Assembly: GCA_976551045.1 (NCBI GenBank)
Contig: CDPCPM010000026.1
Coordinates: 6,882,001 to 6,946,000, forward strand
Origin: Glaucostegus cemiculus
Taxonomy: Eukaryota
Direction of reading: 5' to 3'
Length of the DNA stretch: 64,000 nucleotides
Part shown: positions 1-13,033 of the stretch, one piece after another
Numbering within the stretch: the first letter of the stretch is position 1
Layout of the letters: each line of letters starts with the position of its first letter
Translations under genes and position numbers: made by a program
The notes under the pieces: generated by a model
The model's database searches: none
Told to the model about the DNA's origin: nothing
The model's input: the letters and a program-made list of their open reading frames with translations, nothing else

Positions 1-3000
1 AACAATTAATTTTGAATTTCCCTTTCTATCTAACACAACATTCTGTATACCCATGAGGTCATTCCCCTCAACAGTTTTTCAATCTCTCAGAAAACATTCC
101 CTCTCTCCAATAAGATCACGCTAAGATCAACTTTTTCTTTGCAAGCAGTAGACCAGATGTTATCAGATTATGTCTGAAATTAAACTCTCCCTTGATGGAA
201 GAGTGCAAATTAGGGAATTTGTCTAAATCTGTATTCCCAAGTGTAAAGAACAGTCTGTTTTTGTTTCACTAGCTTGAGTTACTTTTTAAATATATCAAAA
301 TCTTTACCAGCCCAAGAATTCTGCATCTCTCATTCTCCACTTACCCAAGAACTACATCTAACAGATTCTAAAAATATTTATCAATCTTTAAATAATGTCT
401 GAGCACTTAACTTTGACACCTTTTTCTTTTGACTGACGCATTAAGAGAAACGCATACATTTTTTTGACAGCTCATAGTTTAGTAACAAATTTTCAAGCCA
501 GTAAAAGTACCTTTTATTAAAATCCCTGTTTAGTTTTTCAATCCAAAATGCATAATACATTAGCATTTAGTTTTATGAATTTTGTAATCTTAACTTTCAA
601 TACTGGCCCTGAGATTTTTTTTGAAAAATTAAGCCCCTGCATTCCTTGAACTGATGGGACTTCTGTATTACTTCAACACACAGGCAGTAAATGTTTTACT
701 TTGATTTAAGGTACATGACAATAAATTAGGGGTATTTATCAAAGGTGCTTTGTTGGAACAGTACAAACCTGCCTAACTCAAGCCACTTTTGCATAAATTA
801 CTGCATTATCCAAATACACTTAGTGGGATCCTGCTGCTTTGATGTTGGCAGCATAGATTTATGTAATATAGGCTTTTTATTTATCTGCCCTGTTCACCTC
901 AAAAAGAGCTCAACACATCCATCAATTAGCTCCATACTTTAAAGATGACATGTACATATCACAGTTGAACTGTTATCAAGAGGAGAGTAAAGGTTTAAAT
1001 CAGTATTTTTCAAAAATGCATTTTTGAGTTGAAAGCCAAAGCTTCTGTGCATTTTCAAGGTTATTAAAAGCATTTGATCAAAAGCAAATGTTTCAATACT
1101 TTGTATTCAGTTAAACTTAATATCCTTTGGTAGATTGACACAATTCAGTGTAATATTCTAAACCAGAAACTATTCTTTCGGAATTGGAGTTTTGTTGCCC
1201 CTGCATATTTTGTGGGTTAAATAGACTTTGTTTAATCCTTGTGCTCTTAAGACTCAGTTTACTGAATTGTTTATGCTAAAATACTCCATTCCCCTTTGCT
1301 TACAAGTGATATGAATCAGAATGCCCTGGATCTGAAGTCCAGTATGTGCTCAATTTGTGACTCTCCATCAGCATTACTTCTGCACTCTTAGACCAAGTAG
1401 AGGATAGATTGTTGGTTGGCTACATACTGTGATTACCACTGAAAATCCATGTACTTATCAGGTAGGATCAGTGTTACATTTGCCTATGATGACCTCCAGC
1501 TTGCCATTAGATGCATTTGTAAAGAATGACCACCTGGGTGATATATATGCTGCTAAAATGAAGAACAAAATTCAAAGTGATGAGCTGAAACATCTTGAAA
1601 TAATTCCCACAAAACACAAGGGAGAGAACACAATGGAAATTTAACTTGTCCTCTACCTTCTACAACACAGAGAAACTTTCTCTGCATTTATGTTTGTGAA
1701 CAAAAATTGTATCCCAAATTTCTGCTGTAAGTCTCCTGGTCTGGAAATTCATCTGTGCAGTGTAATGTTTTTGTTTGCTACACAATGGAATTTAATCAAA
1801 AATCTGATCACTGAATGGGTTTGGTATTTGCTCCATGGTTATTACAGCATGCTAGTTTGGATCTTGTTGTTCCATGCATATGGCAAACTTTCAAAAAGGA
1901 GCCTAGAAATGCACTGTTTCAAACAACACTCTCCATGTTTTAAGTCACTTTCACAAAGAGTCTTGTGAACATCATGCAAAAGCAAGCCTTCATGAGACAG
2001 GAAATGTCTATTTCACCATAGCTTAAAGCCTGACCAGATCCCAGAGGTAAACCTTTTAAGTTTTTCTTTTCTGCTTGCTCCAACTCTAAGCCCATGCCTC
2101 TTATTGTGGGTTCTCCTTCAGGACCCCTCCACTGGATGTCCCTAACTTTTCCTCCCCCTCCCCTTTGCTCTGCAGCCAGTCGCAAGCCAGACTGCACTTT
2201 GATCCTCAAGGTCCAAATCCCCTCCTCACTAAAGCTTTGGCCTGCCCTATCCAGCCCAGGATCTTCCATCTGCTGGACATAATCCACCACCTACCCAAGT
2301 TCCTCCATTAACTCACTTTGCAAAGCTGGTCCTGTTGCAGTTGATGCATTGGACCTTGTGTGCAATAGAACATTACCACATTAGACCTGTGTGCCAGTCT
2401 ACCATGCATTGCTGGTTTAATATGCCTTTTCCCGTACAGAACCATTTCTATCTTTCTTCCACAAGCTGTGGTTTCTCCTGGCAGAATATGCAAATTGTTC
2501 CCCTGTCACCTCCATCTCAAGCATGCTGATATCTGATATCAAGTATTTAGGACTGCAAAGACTAAGTGCTCAACAAATGGATTCATCATTCACTAATGGA
2601 GACTCAAAGCCTTTTCTCTTCATGTCCTTGTTTCTGGTTGTGGATATTCCACAACATGATAACCAATGATTTGGGAGCTTGTATGTAACATTGTGACTTC
2701 AAATTTGAGGTACCTTTCAAAAGTGGCTAGAGGCTGCTAGTACATGAATATACTCTAGAAGCTATTAGTGTATATTGGATGCTTAAAATATTTCAAGTAT
2801 TTCTTAAAGGCTGATAAATATATTTCTTTGAAAGTCCTAAATTAACTTTTCACCCTCAAATTTCTCAACATTCATCAAAGGAAACTAATCATGAATGGTA
2901 TATAAAGCAATAGTGGTATTAAAGCAGAATTAATCAGTAGGCTAAATGTGTTTCAGCAAATTGTTTCAGATCACCAACTGAAGCAAGAATGTTGAGGAAA

Positions 3001-3230
3001 GAAATCATGAAGGGCTGGAGATGGAGCTGTAAGCTAGTGAGTTGATTTTACTTTAAGATTGCCAAAGCTTAGAAGTAATATGCCTCTGGGCAGTTGGCAA
3101 GTGGAATTTTCCAAGCCTGATATACACGTGTATGTATTATATATGAATAACTGTATAATAAAGTTTCTTTCTACAGGATTATTCTCCATGATTTCAGTAT
3201 CTTTCTTATCTGTAGTGTTGTTTCAGCTTG

Positions 3231-3302
3231 ATTACTTCAGGATGTTTCAGTCTGTTATCTGATGGTGGTTCAAGATACCAGCCTTAAGCATCCTGAAGTA
3301 AT
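3231..3302. repeat. Imperfect inverted repeat / hairpin (30-bp arms, 12-nt loop)
   Basis: Left arm 3231-3260 ATTACTTCAGGATGTTTCAGTCTGTTATCT vs reverse complement of 3273-3302 ATTACTTCAGGATGCTTAAGGCTGGTATCT: 26/30 identical, outer 14 bp perfect. Confidence 0.85.
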
Positions 3303-6095
3303 TTAATCACACTTCAAGAACACGAAGGACAAGAAAACCTTTTGAAATCGCTAAATCTGGGGAAAGAGAAATTTAGACTAGAACTATGAATTATTAAACA
3401 TTCATAGAAAATAATAATATGAAATCTTTTGTAATAACAAGGATCTACCTCTAAGCTATTTTGGGCTTAGCAATGCATCTTGGTGATGACAAGTATCTGA
3501 AGTTATTTGGAACCTAGAAGTATGCTACAGACTTCTGCAAGTTGATCACATCACTTGGCATCAAGAATTCCCATCTATTTCAAAGCAAATTCTCAGTTTT
3601 AACACTTTTGATACCAGTGTAATATAAGACTAGCAACAATCAGATTATACATGTCAAATTATAGCTCACTTGGAAATATTTTACTCAAGAATTAAGCAGT
3701 GCCCTCCATGTGAAATTTATTATGTACTCTGTAGTACCTATCATACTCTTTCACATGACTAGTTTATAGCTGAATGAATTAGTGTTTAAATTCCTAAATC
3801 AATCTTGAAGTTGTGATGGCACAATGGCATGCATCCTACAAACATATTGTGCATCTGATTCTTAAAGCATGTTGCACCCTCCTTGAATCTGTTTGTAAAG
3901 ACTTATGAATAGATCTTCCATAATAATTACCTGCATTTATGGCAGAGAAGCCACTTGACACTGAGTACTTTGCACACAATCCCCTTATTCAAGTTTTTTT
4001 TAAAAAGAGAAATTCTCAACCTGGTTTGTGGGTGACAGCACAAGAACTCACAGTCAAGAAAGTTAGCGCCAATATGCCCTGTCAGACCATTAAAAAGTTA
4101 GCCTGGTATTCCCAGATATTGGAACCATGTGTGCTAAGGAATTTTTCTTCTGGTAAGACATTCCAAATATTGTACCACTGCCAAACACGGCGGTGTTAGA
4201 CTAATTTAAGCAGTATGTTGGAACCATCTCTTAGAACTTTGATCATCTGGAGATCGTTTGTTACAAATTGAACTAACCCAGTCTCTATTTCTGGTGGATC
4301 AGATCTCTGGATTTGTTGAATTAAATGCCTCATTTAATACAGTTTGCACATGAAAGAAAGTTACACTCAGGAATCCACCGACAAATATTTCACGTAACCA
4401 ACTGGTCTCATTTTTATTACTTTTAAACATAATCCATATTACACTCACACTGCTTCTAATAACCTCTGCCCTGTTTAGAGCTTGTGTCTACAAAGTTTCG
4501 TGTGTTTGGGGGGGTGGGGGGAAATATCACACAATTATGCGTGTATCCTAACCAGAAACACATTTGCATCATTTTCACAAAATAGTTTTTCTGGAGCAAC
4601 ATAAAGCTGGATTAGTCTAGGATAACATTATCTCAAATCCTTGCAGTTGAACACGTATCACTTCAGTGTGACCACTGTATTGTGCAGAACTTAATGACAT
4701 GATTTCATATTTAACTTCTACTGTATGAAAATGCACACTGGGCAGAAAAGTTAAAGATCAGTTTCTGCGTTTTACTTTGAATTCATTTACCTGTCACTTC
4801 AGAGTGCCTTGGGAACCAGAGTTTAATCGGGATTTTAATATTAATTGTTCTCCAATGGCATTTGTCAATAAGTTTTTAATAAAACTTTCTCTTTGTGATA
4901 TTTTTCCTCCCACTCTTTAATGCTTTCTGCACCTTTCTGTTTGACTTTCATCCATCTTTCCTTTCCTGTTCTTTATTCCTTTTGTAATTCCTCCTGCCTG
5001 GATATTTCTCTTTATCTATAATTCATTTTCTGATGCTTTCTATTTTTGACTTCATCCATGTTTCCATCATCTTTGACTGTATGACCTTCTGTGCTGCCAT
5101 TCTTGCTGCAATTGGTGTGATTTTTAACCATGACCCATAGCAGTTGAGTAAAGTATGATTATGGTTCATTGTGAATGGAGGGTTCCATGAGACAAATTTG
5201 ACCTGTCTGCCACAAAATGGGAATGAGATCCTGCCATCTCCCCTCTCCCTGAAAGGGTATGCTGGTTAGGTGTATTGTTGTAGGCTTCCAAACACTGTTC
5301 CAACATTGACCTCCCTATTATAAACTTCAGTTGTGCAACACTTGATCATTAGTGGGCACATTTTTAAAATTGAAAATGAGCCACTCTGGAGTCAGGCTTG
5401 AGTTGGGAAGGTTGGCAGCTACAAACTCAAGCAGAAGATCTGTTTTGCCCAGAGGGAGGAGGGCAGGGGTTTGGATTTGTGCTGTGGCCAGGGACAGTGA
5501 AAGGCTGGAAAGAGGGTTTTGACCTGCACCTTGAGTTATGGATAGGTTAAGAAAGACTGTGACTGATGATAGGGGAAGAGGATGGGTTTAATGGGCGTCA
5601 GGAATTGGAGGGGGCCATGGTGAGTGGAGATAGTTTTAGAAATCAGGCCATTGGAGGTTCACTGAATCAAGGATTGGGCCTTGCAACTTCAAGAAATTAG
5701 AAGATCCTAATCAGCATGAACAGAGGGTGGGGACTGGAGCAATTTGGTCTAGGAGTGTCAGGAGATGATTGCTGACAGAATAACATGATCCAATAACAAT
5801 GTCCCATAATGCTGCAAAGGGAATGTTGCCATCTCATGCACTCATGTCATGGAATTGCATTGGTTACTACTGCCTCATCAAATTTCTGGAATGGACAACT
5901 GGTAGAAGATGAGATGAATTGTTTGTAGTCCTGTTAACAATGTTTGGTTTCTTCCTTTTGTGCCCATTAATTCAATCATAACTCTCTCCAGTGATGAGCT
6001 CACAAGTTGATTCCAACAATAACTGTGATTAACACTGCTTAATTAGAACTCTACATTAATTTTGTACTAACATAAAACAATGAATCATTCGTGTA

Positions 6096-6255
6096 TGTGG
6101 TACATTTGTATGTAGATGAGTCATGTGACTTTGTGACATAAGCACACATGGAAGTTGTTTGCCTGAAATAGATTGTATGCACATTATGTAGTTCCTGGTG
6201 ATGGTACCTATCAGTTTTACAAGATTGATTCACTACTGCTTCCAAATACACTACA
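6096..6255 (+). repeat. 5' LTR of Gypsy element
   Basis: Starts TGTGG, ends ACTACA. Shares blocks with 9836-9990: GTGGtAcATTTGTaTGtAG vs GTGGcAaATTTGTtTGcAG, TTCCTGGTG, and CCAAAtACACTAcA vs CCAAAgACACTAaA. Confidence 0.75.
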
Positions 6256-6257
6256 AC

Positions 6258-6268
6258 TGGTGATGAGG
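6258..6268 (+). other. Primer-binding site, tRNA-Ser type, CpG-decayed
   Basis: TGGTGATGAGG lies 2 nt after the LTR-terminal CA. It equals TGGCGACGAGG (complement of the tRNA-Ser(GCU) 3' end, from memory) with two CpG>TpG changes. Confidence 0.7.
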
Positions 6269-7819
6269 GTTGTCTACGCAATCAAAGTAAATCAGCTCTA
6301 GGAGATAAAAGAAAATCTCTTTGATCTGCAATGACCAATGTATCAATGGTATTGACAACAGGACCTCAATTCTATGGTTGGGGAAGAGACAACAGAGCAG
6401 GTTGCAGTTTTCCTGGGTGCACTGAGTCAATAAAATTGTGCAGGAAGTGGTGATTTTTTTTAATATATTAAAGACAGTAATGTGTATGAGAGAGATGCTC
6501 AATAAAGGAAAATTCAAGACACTGAGAACTGAGTGTGGTGTGGAGAAATCTGAAGAGAAGCAAAGTCACAGTTTGTGCAGTGGACAGAAGTTATTGGCTC
6601 AAGCACAAATAGAATATATAAGCACCACAGGGGTATACAATCAACAATGTAAGTATTTGTGTTTATGCAGAGAATTTAAATGTTATGTACTGCTAAAAAT
6701 CTCATTAGGTAATCACATCACAAATGAGCAAGTACCAAATCCAGCTAGAGTAGTGTGAGCACACCTTGTATCTGAGACCTTAAACTGCTGGCCCTTCAGA
6801 AAGCCAGTGATCTTCCATCCATAGAAGTAGTGCACAGATTGGAGGATTATTTCAATCCACAACCATTTGAACTAACAGAGTTAAAAGTTTGCCACAGGGG
6901 ATCAAAGATGGGGAAAAACAGTCTGCAACCATATTGTTGCAGTAAAGGATTTATAAAGGCTTAAAAGATGAATGGATTCAGTCCAAATTGCTAAGTATAT
7001 AGTGTCTTGCATTTGACCTGGCTTGCAAAATTGCAACTTAAGTGGAAATGGCAATGAAAAATGCCAAGGAATTTCATCCATCACCAGGCACAAATATGAC
7101 GGTAGTTTATAGTCAGAAGCTAGAAGCAAAAGCTCCATTGCTGAAACAAGGTCGACACCACTTGCATGCATTGACGCAAATTCTTGCTGATGCAGAGGCA
7201 GAAATTCACTGCAAGTCTGTTCCTTTTGGGGGCTAACTGTTGACTCGGAAGGGAAATATGGTAACAGCATGTAAATCCAAATCCGGAGCAAGTAAGCAGA
7301 GAAGAGTGAGCAATGCATTCCCTACACAAGGTGGCATTTGTACATCGGGGGAAACGACAACGGAAATCTGCATAACATAGAAGCTGAAATACATAGTATA
7401 GAATTTGCTGTGCATTACATGCATGATACAAGTGGAAATGGCAGGAAAGAGTAAAATTGCAAGATAAAAGTGTAGTTTAATCAGTTGGAATGACTATGGA
7501 TACAGCACCATGTTTTATCATGGGTAGGGATATATATTGAAGTAAATTCAGCTATCCACACAAGGTGCAATTAATCTTAAGGCATACCCTGAAGTAGAGG
7601 GTACAGCATCGTGTGTTATGATGGCCAATGACCAGCAGTGGCAAAAGTTGTAGCTGACCATGCAGATTGATTGACTTGGCTGTTTAAGCAATGGCTAAAA
7701 AAAACCCGAGAAATTGATTGTTCATACAAATAATTTTGCCCAGAGTATCACACAAAGATTTGACCTTGGAAGTGATAACGTGCTGTTTGCAACTAGTGGA
7801 TGATGACTTCCAAAAAAAC

Positions 7820-8532
7820 ATTGAATTGTACAACACAGAAATGGGCCCATCTCATCCATTCTAACTGTGAGGCCTATCTATGTTAATCCCATTTGCCTGG
7901 TTTAGGCCAGTATCCTTTTACTTTCCTATCAAAGTATCTCTCCAAATGCCTTTTAAATGTTGCACTGGTGTCTGCATCTTCTCTGACATGTTACAGATAT
8001 TCACCACCACCTGTGTGGAAAAATGTATCCCTTGGGTCTCCTTTTAAATTTCTCCCATCTCCCCTTAAACCTGTGCCCTCTAGTTCTAAACACTCTTGCT
8101 CTGGAAAACAAATTCTGATTATCTATCCTATGAATATCCCTCATAGTTTTGTAAACCTCAGAGGTTGCCCCTCATCCTCCTACATTCTAGTGAGAATAAA
8201 CCCAGCTCTCTCCTTGTAACTACAGGCCTCCATTCTAGGCAACATCCTGGTGACTCTCTTCTGCATTCTCTCTATTGCTACCACAACCTTCCTGTAATGT
8301 AATAGCCAGAATTGTAAAAAAAAACTCTGAAGTGCAGTCCAACCAATGTTTTGTTCAATAGCAACATGATATTCCCAACTCTTTTACTCAATGCCTCAGC
8401 CTATGATGGCAAGCATACCATACCAATTGTTTTTTTCATCACTCTACACCTGTGTCACCACTTTCAGGGAGCTATAGACTTTGACCCCAAGGTCTCTCTG
8501 TATATCAGCACTGCTAAAATTCCTGCCATTTA
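7820..8532 (-). mobile_element. CR1 (HER1-type) LINE 3' fragment nested in the Gypsy pol region
   Basis: CR1-type 3' end and ORF2 C-terminal sequence homologous to the copies at 30632 and 34090 (e.g. GGCAACATCCTGGT, CCAGAATTG, ACCCCAAGGTCTCTCTG). Confidence 0.85.
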
Positions 8533-9740
8533 CAGAAACAGCTACAAAAAATGCTGAGGTAACTCAAAGATGTGCTCACAGACTCATTTCAGAAGCACAC
8601 TCTCAAAGATTATATTGGTTTTGGTTAGTCTGAGTGGATTGTGACCACTTTATAACAGAAGAATTGAATTTGATCAAGGGCATTTAATATGGGGACATAG
8701 AATAGCCATCCCTAATGTCCTGAGAAAATGAAACTTCCATGAATTTCTTTCAAAAACCTACCAGCATTGGCAATATTAAAACTATTGCTAGAAGCTTTGT
8801 ATATTGGCCTGTATCGACAATGATCAAGAACTTTTAGTGTCACCAGATCAAAAGTCCAGAACAAAACTACAAAGATAAACCTACAGACATGGAGGTAGGC
8901 AATGCAACCACTTTAGTGATTCCATGTCATTTTTGTCTCATCAGAAAGGCAAAATCAACCTTTTAGTGATTACCAATGTTAATGGATTGAAGCTGAGTGC
9001 AGGATTATGACAACAGCAGGACATGCCATGGAGGAGCTGAGATTTTTTGCAATCCATGGTGTACGTGAAGAGCTACTGTAAGGAAACAGATCTCCTCAAT
9101 AAACATTATACCTTTTTTTGGTGGCTTCATGCAATAAAATGGCATCAAGTATTCATTAATTCCTGCCACATCCAGTCTCTAATGGTGCAACTGAAAAGTA
9201 TATGCAAATTCTTAAGGAAGCTTTGAAGTTTTCCAAGAGTGCTTAAATTCATTATTTAGTGGACTTATTATCTAATATCACACAAAGCCAGATTCACCCC
9301 AACACAGCTGCGTAGCAGACTTCAAACACACTTGAACTTTCTTCATCCCAGCTAGGAGACTGAAGAGCCAGCAACTGACAGTAAAGCAAAATTATGATTA
9401 ACATCCTAATGAGAAGGGGCAATTGGAAATGGTTCATATAAAAAAAAAGTGATAAAGTAAAAGTAAGATCAATGAATAAGTATGACATGCAAAAGAGGGA
9501 TATGGGTGAGGCAATGCAAGTCTACCGTACTAAACAATATCTTACTCATTTTAAAGAAAAAGTTGGTGTCCACAATGCCAAATAATTGCAGGGAGAGGCC
9601 TTTCAATTATATTGAAATGTGAGCATTTATTCCAGGAATAATATAGAATGAACTAAAGAGGAGGCACAAGTTAACATTATTTCAGGATGTCACACATCCA
9701 TCAGATCAACAAATGACTAAGCCAAAGATATAAACACAGT

Positions 9741-9766
9741 AAAAAAAAAAAAAAAAAAAAAAAAAA
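9741..9766 (+). repeat. Poly(A) tract, 26 nt
   Basis: Direct count; lies inside the Gypsy 3' internal region. Confidence 0.95.
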
Positions 9767-9835
9767 TGCCAGCCAATGGATAACCAATAACTGTTCCACT
9801 CGTGTGAAACTCCCTCATCTAATGAGGGAAAGCAG

Positions 9836-9990
9836 AGTGGCAAATTTGTTTGCAGTAAGTTTCTTGCATCTGATGTAATGACGTGTGTGATGTAAGTAGT
9901 AAACATGAAAGCTGTACACATGTTTGGAAATTCCTGGTGCATTAAATAATTGTAACTAGTACTTTATGGGCTACCACCAAAGACACTAAA
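9836..9990 (+). repeat. 3' LTR of Gypsy element, preceded by a polypurine tract (~9821-9835)
   Basis: Homologous to 6096-6255 and similar in length (155 vs 160 nt). AATGAGGGAAAGCAG lies immediately upstream. Confidence 0.7.
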
Positions 9991-10379
9991 AGAAATTCAA
10001 CATGGAGTCAAGTAGTAGTGAGAAACTGGATGAACACCTTTTTTAATCTCTGCTCTTTTTCTAGTCATGATTCTGGTAAATGTGGGCATTGACTTGCATA
10101 ACATTGGGAATCAATGCAATTAATATCAGTCACGAATTTCTACTGGTTTTGTGCCAGTTTTGTAAGGCATATAACATGGCCAATTTTTTAATTTTGGAGA
10201 GAGACAAGTTGAAACTGTTGCCCCAATCGATGAATCACACTCCATGAACATGATGCTGTTTTAGGCTGTAGTCATTAAAGTTGAAGTTTCATTACCTCTA
10301 CCCTTGTCATGAGGACCTCGACTGATGTTTGCTTGGTGTCTATTGACCAATTACTCATCATTCTGCCTGGGGAGGTGGT

Positions 10380-10680
10380 GGTGGAAATGAGTGACTTCTG
10401 CATTTGAAGTGGTTCCAGTATGGCATGTCTGATGATGGAAGTCAGCGAGTCTGCCCACTGCAGCAGACTTGGTAGGTTGGAGGCATTGTAGCTTGCTTTC
10501 TGACCTACATTGGTTTGTAGTACATAGATTCCAATGAATGACCAGCCAGTCTGTCTCTCCTATGGCACCTGAAGAGGATAGTTGTGTTACTGACCAAGAT
10601 AGTTCCCCACTTGGCTCCAGACAGCATGTTAATGCCCAAACAGTGAGAGTGGACCTAGCAATGGGAAGGTTGCCCATGCT
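10380..10680 (-). mobile_element. Possible highly decayed I/Nimb-type LINE ORF2 fragment
   Basis: A minus frame reads CLGINMLSGAKWGTILV, resembling the L.IL..LSG.KWGA post-RT motif; downstream AILEPLQMQK. Weak. Confidence 0.3.
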
Positions 10681-11404
10681 TTGCTATTCCTTTTTCAAAA
10701 AATCAAGTGAGCCAAGTCAGCATATGGTGTAATCCAGTATCACTGTATTTATGCCAAAACTGGAAAAAAACACCCGTAAGACTTTTAATAAAATAGGTTT
10801 GAGGACCATGTGTTACATGAGTGTTAAATGTTATTTGAAGTAATCTGATCATTTGGACTGAGCTTGTGTTGTCTCTGTGCCTGTCTTTACAAAGCCTGCA
10901 ATGTGGGCTTTCTTCATGTGGTTTGGGCTTTATTTAGCTTACATTGGTTTAATTGCTCTGAGTTAAATATGCAAACATTAAACAGTGCCACTCTGTGTTA
11001 CACATTAAAAGGGGAGTTTATTTAAATCCAACCAGCCTTAACCGTTAGCCTCAGAACAAAGTATCACATGATAAAGCATGAGTATACATAGCCGAAGCAG
11101 CAACGCTTCATCAATAATGTGCATTAATGTTAACAATTAGTCAATATCCTTGGTATACAATTTATATAAGATTAATTGGAAAATGCAAATTATACAGATA
11201 TGATATAAAATGAACAAATTGCCTCGTGTAATTATAACCTTCAAGTGGAGATTTGATTGTTACATCAGCTGCTTGTCCTTCTGCCTGGTGTTTTAAATAT
11301 CTCACCAATAGATGTAATATCTTTCTTTGTTCAGTCAGGAGATATATTGTGTCATCCAGCACCATAACCTTGTAATAACCACAACTTCTCCCATGTTGCA
11401 GGAA

Positions 11405-11490
11405 AAGGTCTTTTTTTTCCTGAAACATTAGTTTTGTTTCTCTCTCCACAGATGCTGCTCGGCTTGGTGAGCATTTCTGTTCTTATTTCC
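11405..11490 (+). mobile_element. Penelope-like element terminal fragment
   Basis: CCTGAAACATTAG...TTTCTCTCTCCACAGATGCTGC..., homologous to copies at 26.5, 30.5 and 55.0 kb. Confidence 0.65.
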
Positions 11491-11509
11491 TCCCATGGGA
11501 TCAAGTCCC

Positions 11510-11750
11510 TTCCTAGGTACTTGAGCTTATCTGAATTAAAACATAAATACAGTACTGATGGAGTGTCAGAAGAGCCAGCTTTCAGAAAAGATATATTAAA
11601 TATAATCCTACCTATCATCCTAATTGAATCTAGAATATTTTGTCTCAGTATTTTAAATAAGAACAGCTGACTTCTCTCTATTTCCCCAAACAATATTTAT
11701 CCCCAGGCAAGACCTCCTTCCATATGCCATATTGCTGTCTATAGAACTAT
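11510..11750 (+). mobile_element. Decayed Deu-domain SINE
   Basis: CAGTACTGATGGAGTG, CAATATTTATCCCC and CATATTGCTGT blocks resemble the DeuSINE consensus as I recall it. Confidence 0.45.
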
Positions 11751-12364
11751 ACAATATGTAAATTATTTTTGGTTCTCCCATTTGTCAAGACTTAATCCAA
11801 ACCCAAACTTCTCTCCTGGCTTGATGTGAAATTCTCAGGTTAAGTCCTCGATTTCTGCCAAACCTGAGCTGATCTCAGCTAGCCTTTACCAGCATTGCTG
11901 CTTGTGATCACCATCTAATGAGCTTTATAGAAATGGTGATTGTATGGGAGATAAATGAAGATGGGTTCCAGCTTGCTACAAATGACCATCACATTTGCAT
12001 AAACTGCACATATGCACAAAGCTCTCCCACAAAGTGGACATCATTCATTGAGCCATACCCTATTTATAAATAAGAATCTCTTCTTTTTTTAAAAAAAAAG
12101 CGCATGAAAGATGGCAGTCATACATTATCCTTTGCACCAGTTAATCTTGGTTCTGGCAGATTTAATAAATACTCAGATTCTTAAGTCCAAGTGCAAAAAT
12201 ATTTTGTCACTATTTAGATTTGTCAGTTTGAGGGTTTCTACTGGCTTACTCAAGGAGAAAATGATCAATTTTGTGACACTTTCTTAATTGTAAGTACTTT
12301 CTAGGCTCTTGGACAAACAGTTAATTGTATTATTTGTAACCTGGATAGTCTTTAAACCACCAAA

Positions 12365-12570
12365 TACAGTAAAGCACCAATAACCCAGCAACTGATTGTT
12401 TGGAAATCCTGACGATCCGACATCTGGCTCATTTCTTGGTCCGGGATGCAAGCTGGAGGCTGGGGTCCAGACTGGGGAATGAGTATGTAGCTGGAGCAGG
12501 CTTGGGGTCCAGAACACCAGGGATCAGAAACACATGTAGGTTTGCAGCCAGAACCAGGGTCCAGAGTGTT
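12365..12570 (+). mobile_element. Possible Tigger/Tc1-mariner-type non-autonomous fragment with short GGGTCCAGA repeats
   Basis: TA|CAGTAAAGCACCAATAA resembles a Tigger TIR start; GGGTCCAGA occurs three times. No matching right TIR found. Confidence 0.3.
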
Positions 12571-13033
12571 TATATATTTGCTGCTCCCTAAGTTCACTGG
12601 AAAATTTATTATACAGTTGGAAATTACTGGCCTTTCTAGTGACTCCAAGAGAATTGACTAAGTAAACAAAGATAGTTTACTTCACTGGGTAATGTTGATA
12701 CAGGACCCAATATCTCTTGTACTGACTTACCAGGGTAAATGATCATCTTGGCTAAAAACTAATAGAATTTCTTGATACCAAACGCTATTTGAAGTGCTTC
12801 CATCTCAATTTATGAATCGTTGTACTTGCTCTTTCGTGAGAGTCCATAAAATGGTTCTTTATTCTTGTGGCATTGCTGTGTCTTCACTACAACTTGACCA
12901 AGCCATGCCAACTTCAACTTGTGCATACAAGTTTACTGAATAAGGAAAACCTCATTTCTAAGCTTTTCATGCATTCATCATATGTATTTTATTGTTCCTT
13001 GCTCCGTGTTCCTTTTCATAAAGTGATGCAATA

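Larger units (their letters stand above)
6096..9990 (+). mobile_element. Decayed Ty3/Gypsy LTR retrotransposon with internal deletion of RT and RNase H
   Basis: Manual translation across frameshifts gives gag (EQVAVFLGAL ~6395; LLALQKASDLPSIEVVHRLEDYFNPQPFELTE ~6786; EMAMKNAKEF ~7045; decayed zinc knuckle ending TACKSK ~7280). It also gives protease-like MDTAP...VCYDGQ...WL (~7495-7700) and integrase (YNRRIEFDQGHLIWGHRIAIP, IKTIARSFVYWP, FAIHGVREEL, HPVSNGATEKYMQILKEALK; ~8650-9230). Paired LTRs, PBS and PPT are present. Confidence 0.88.
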
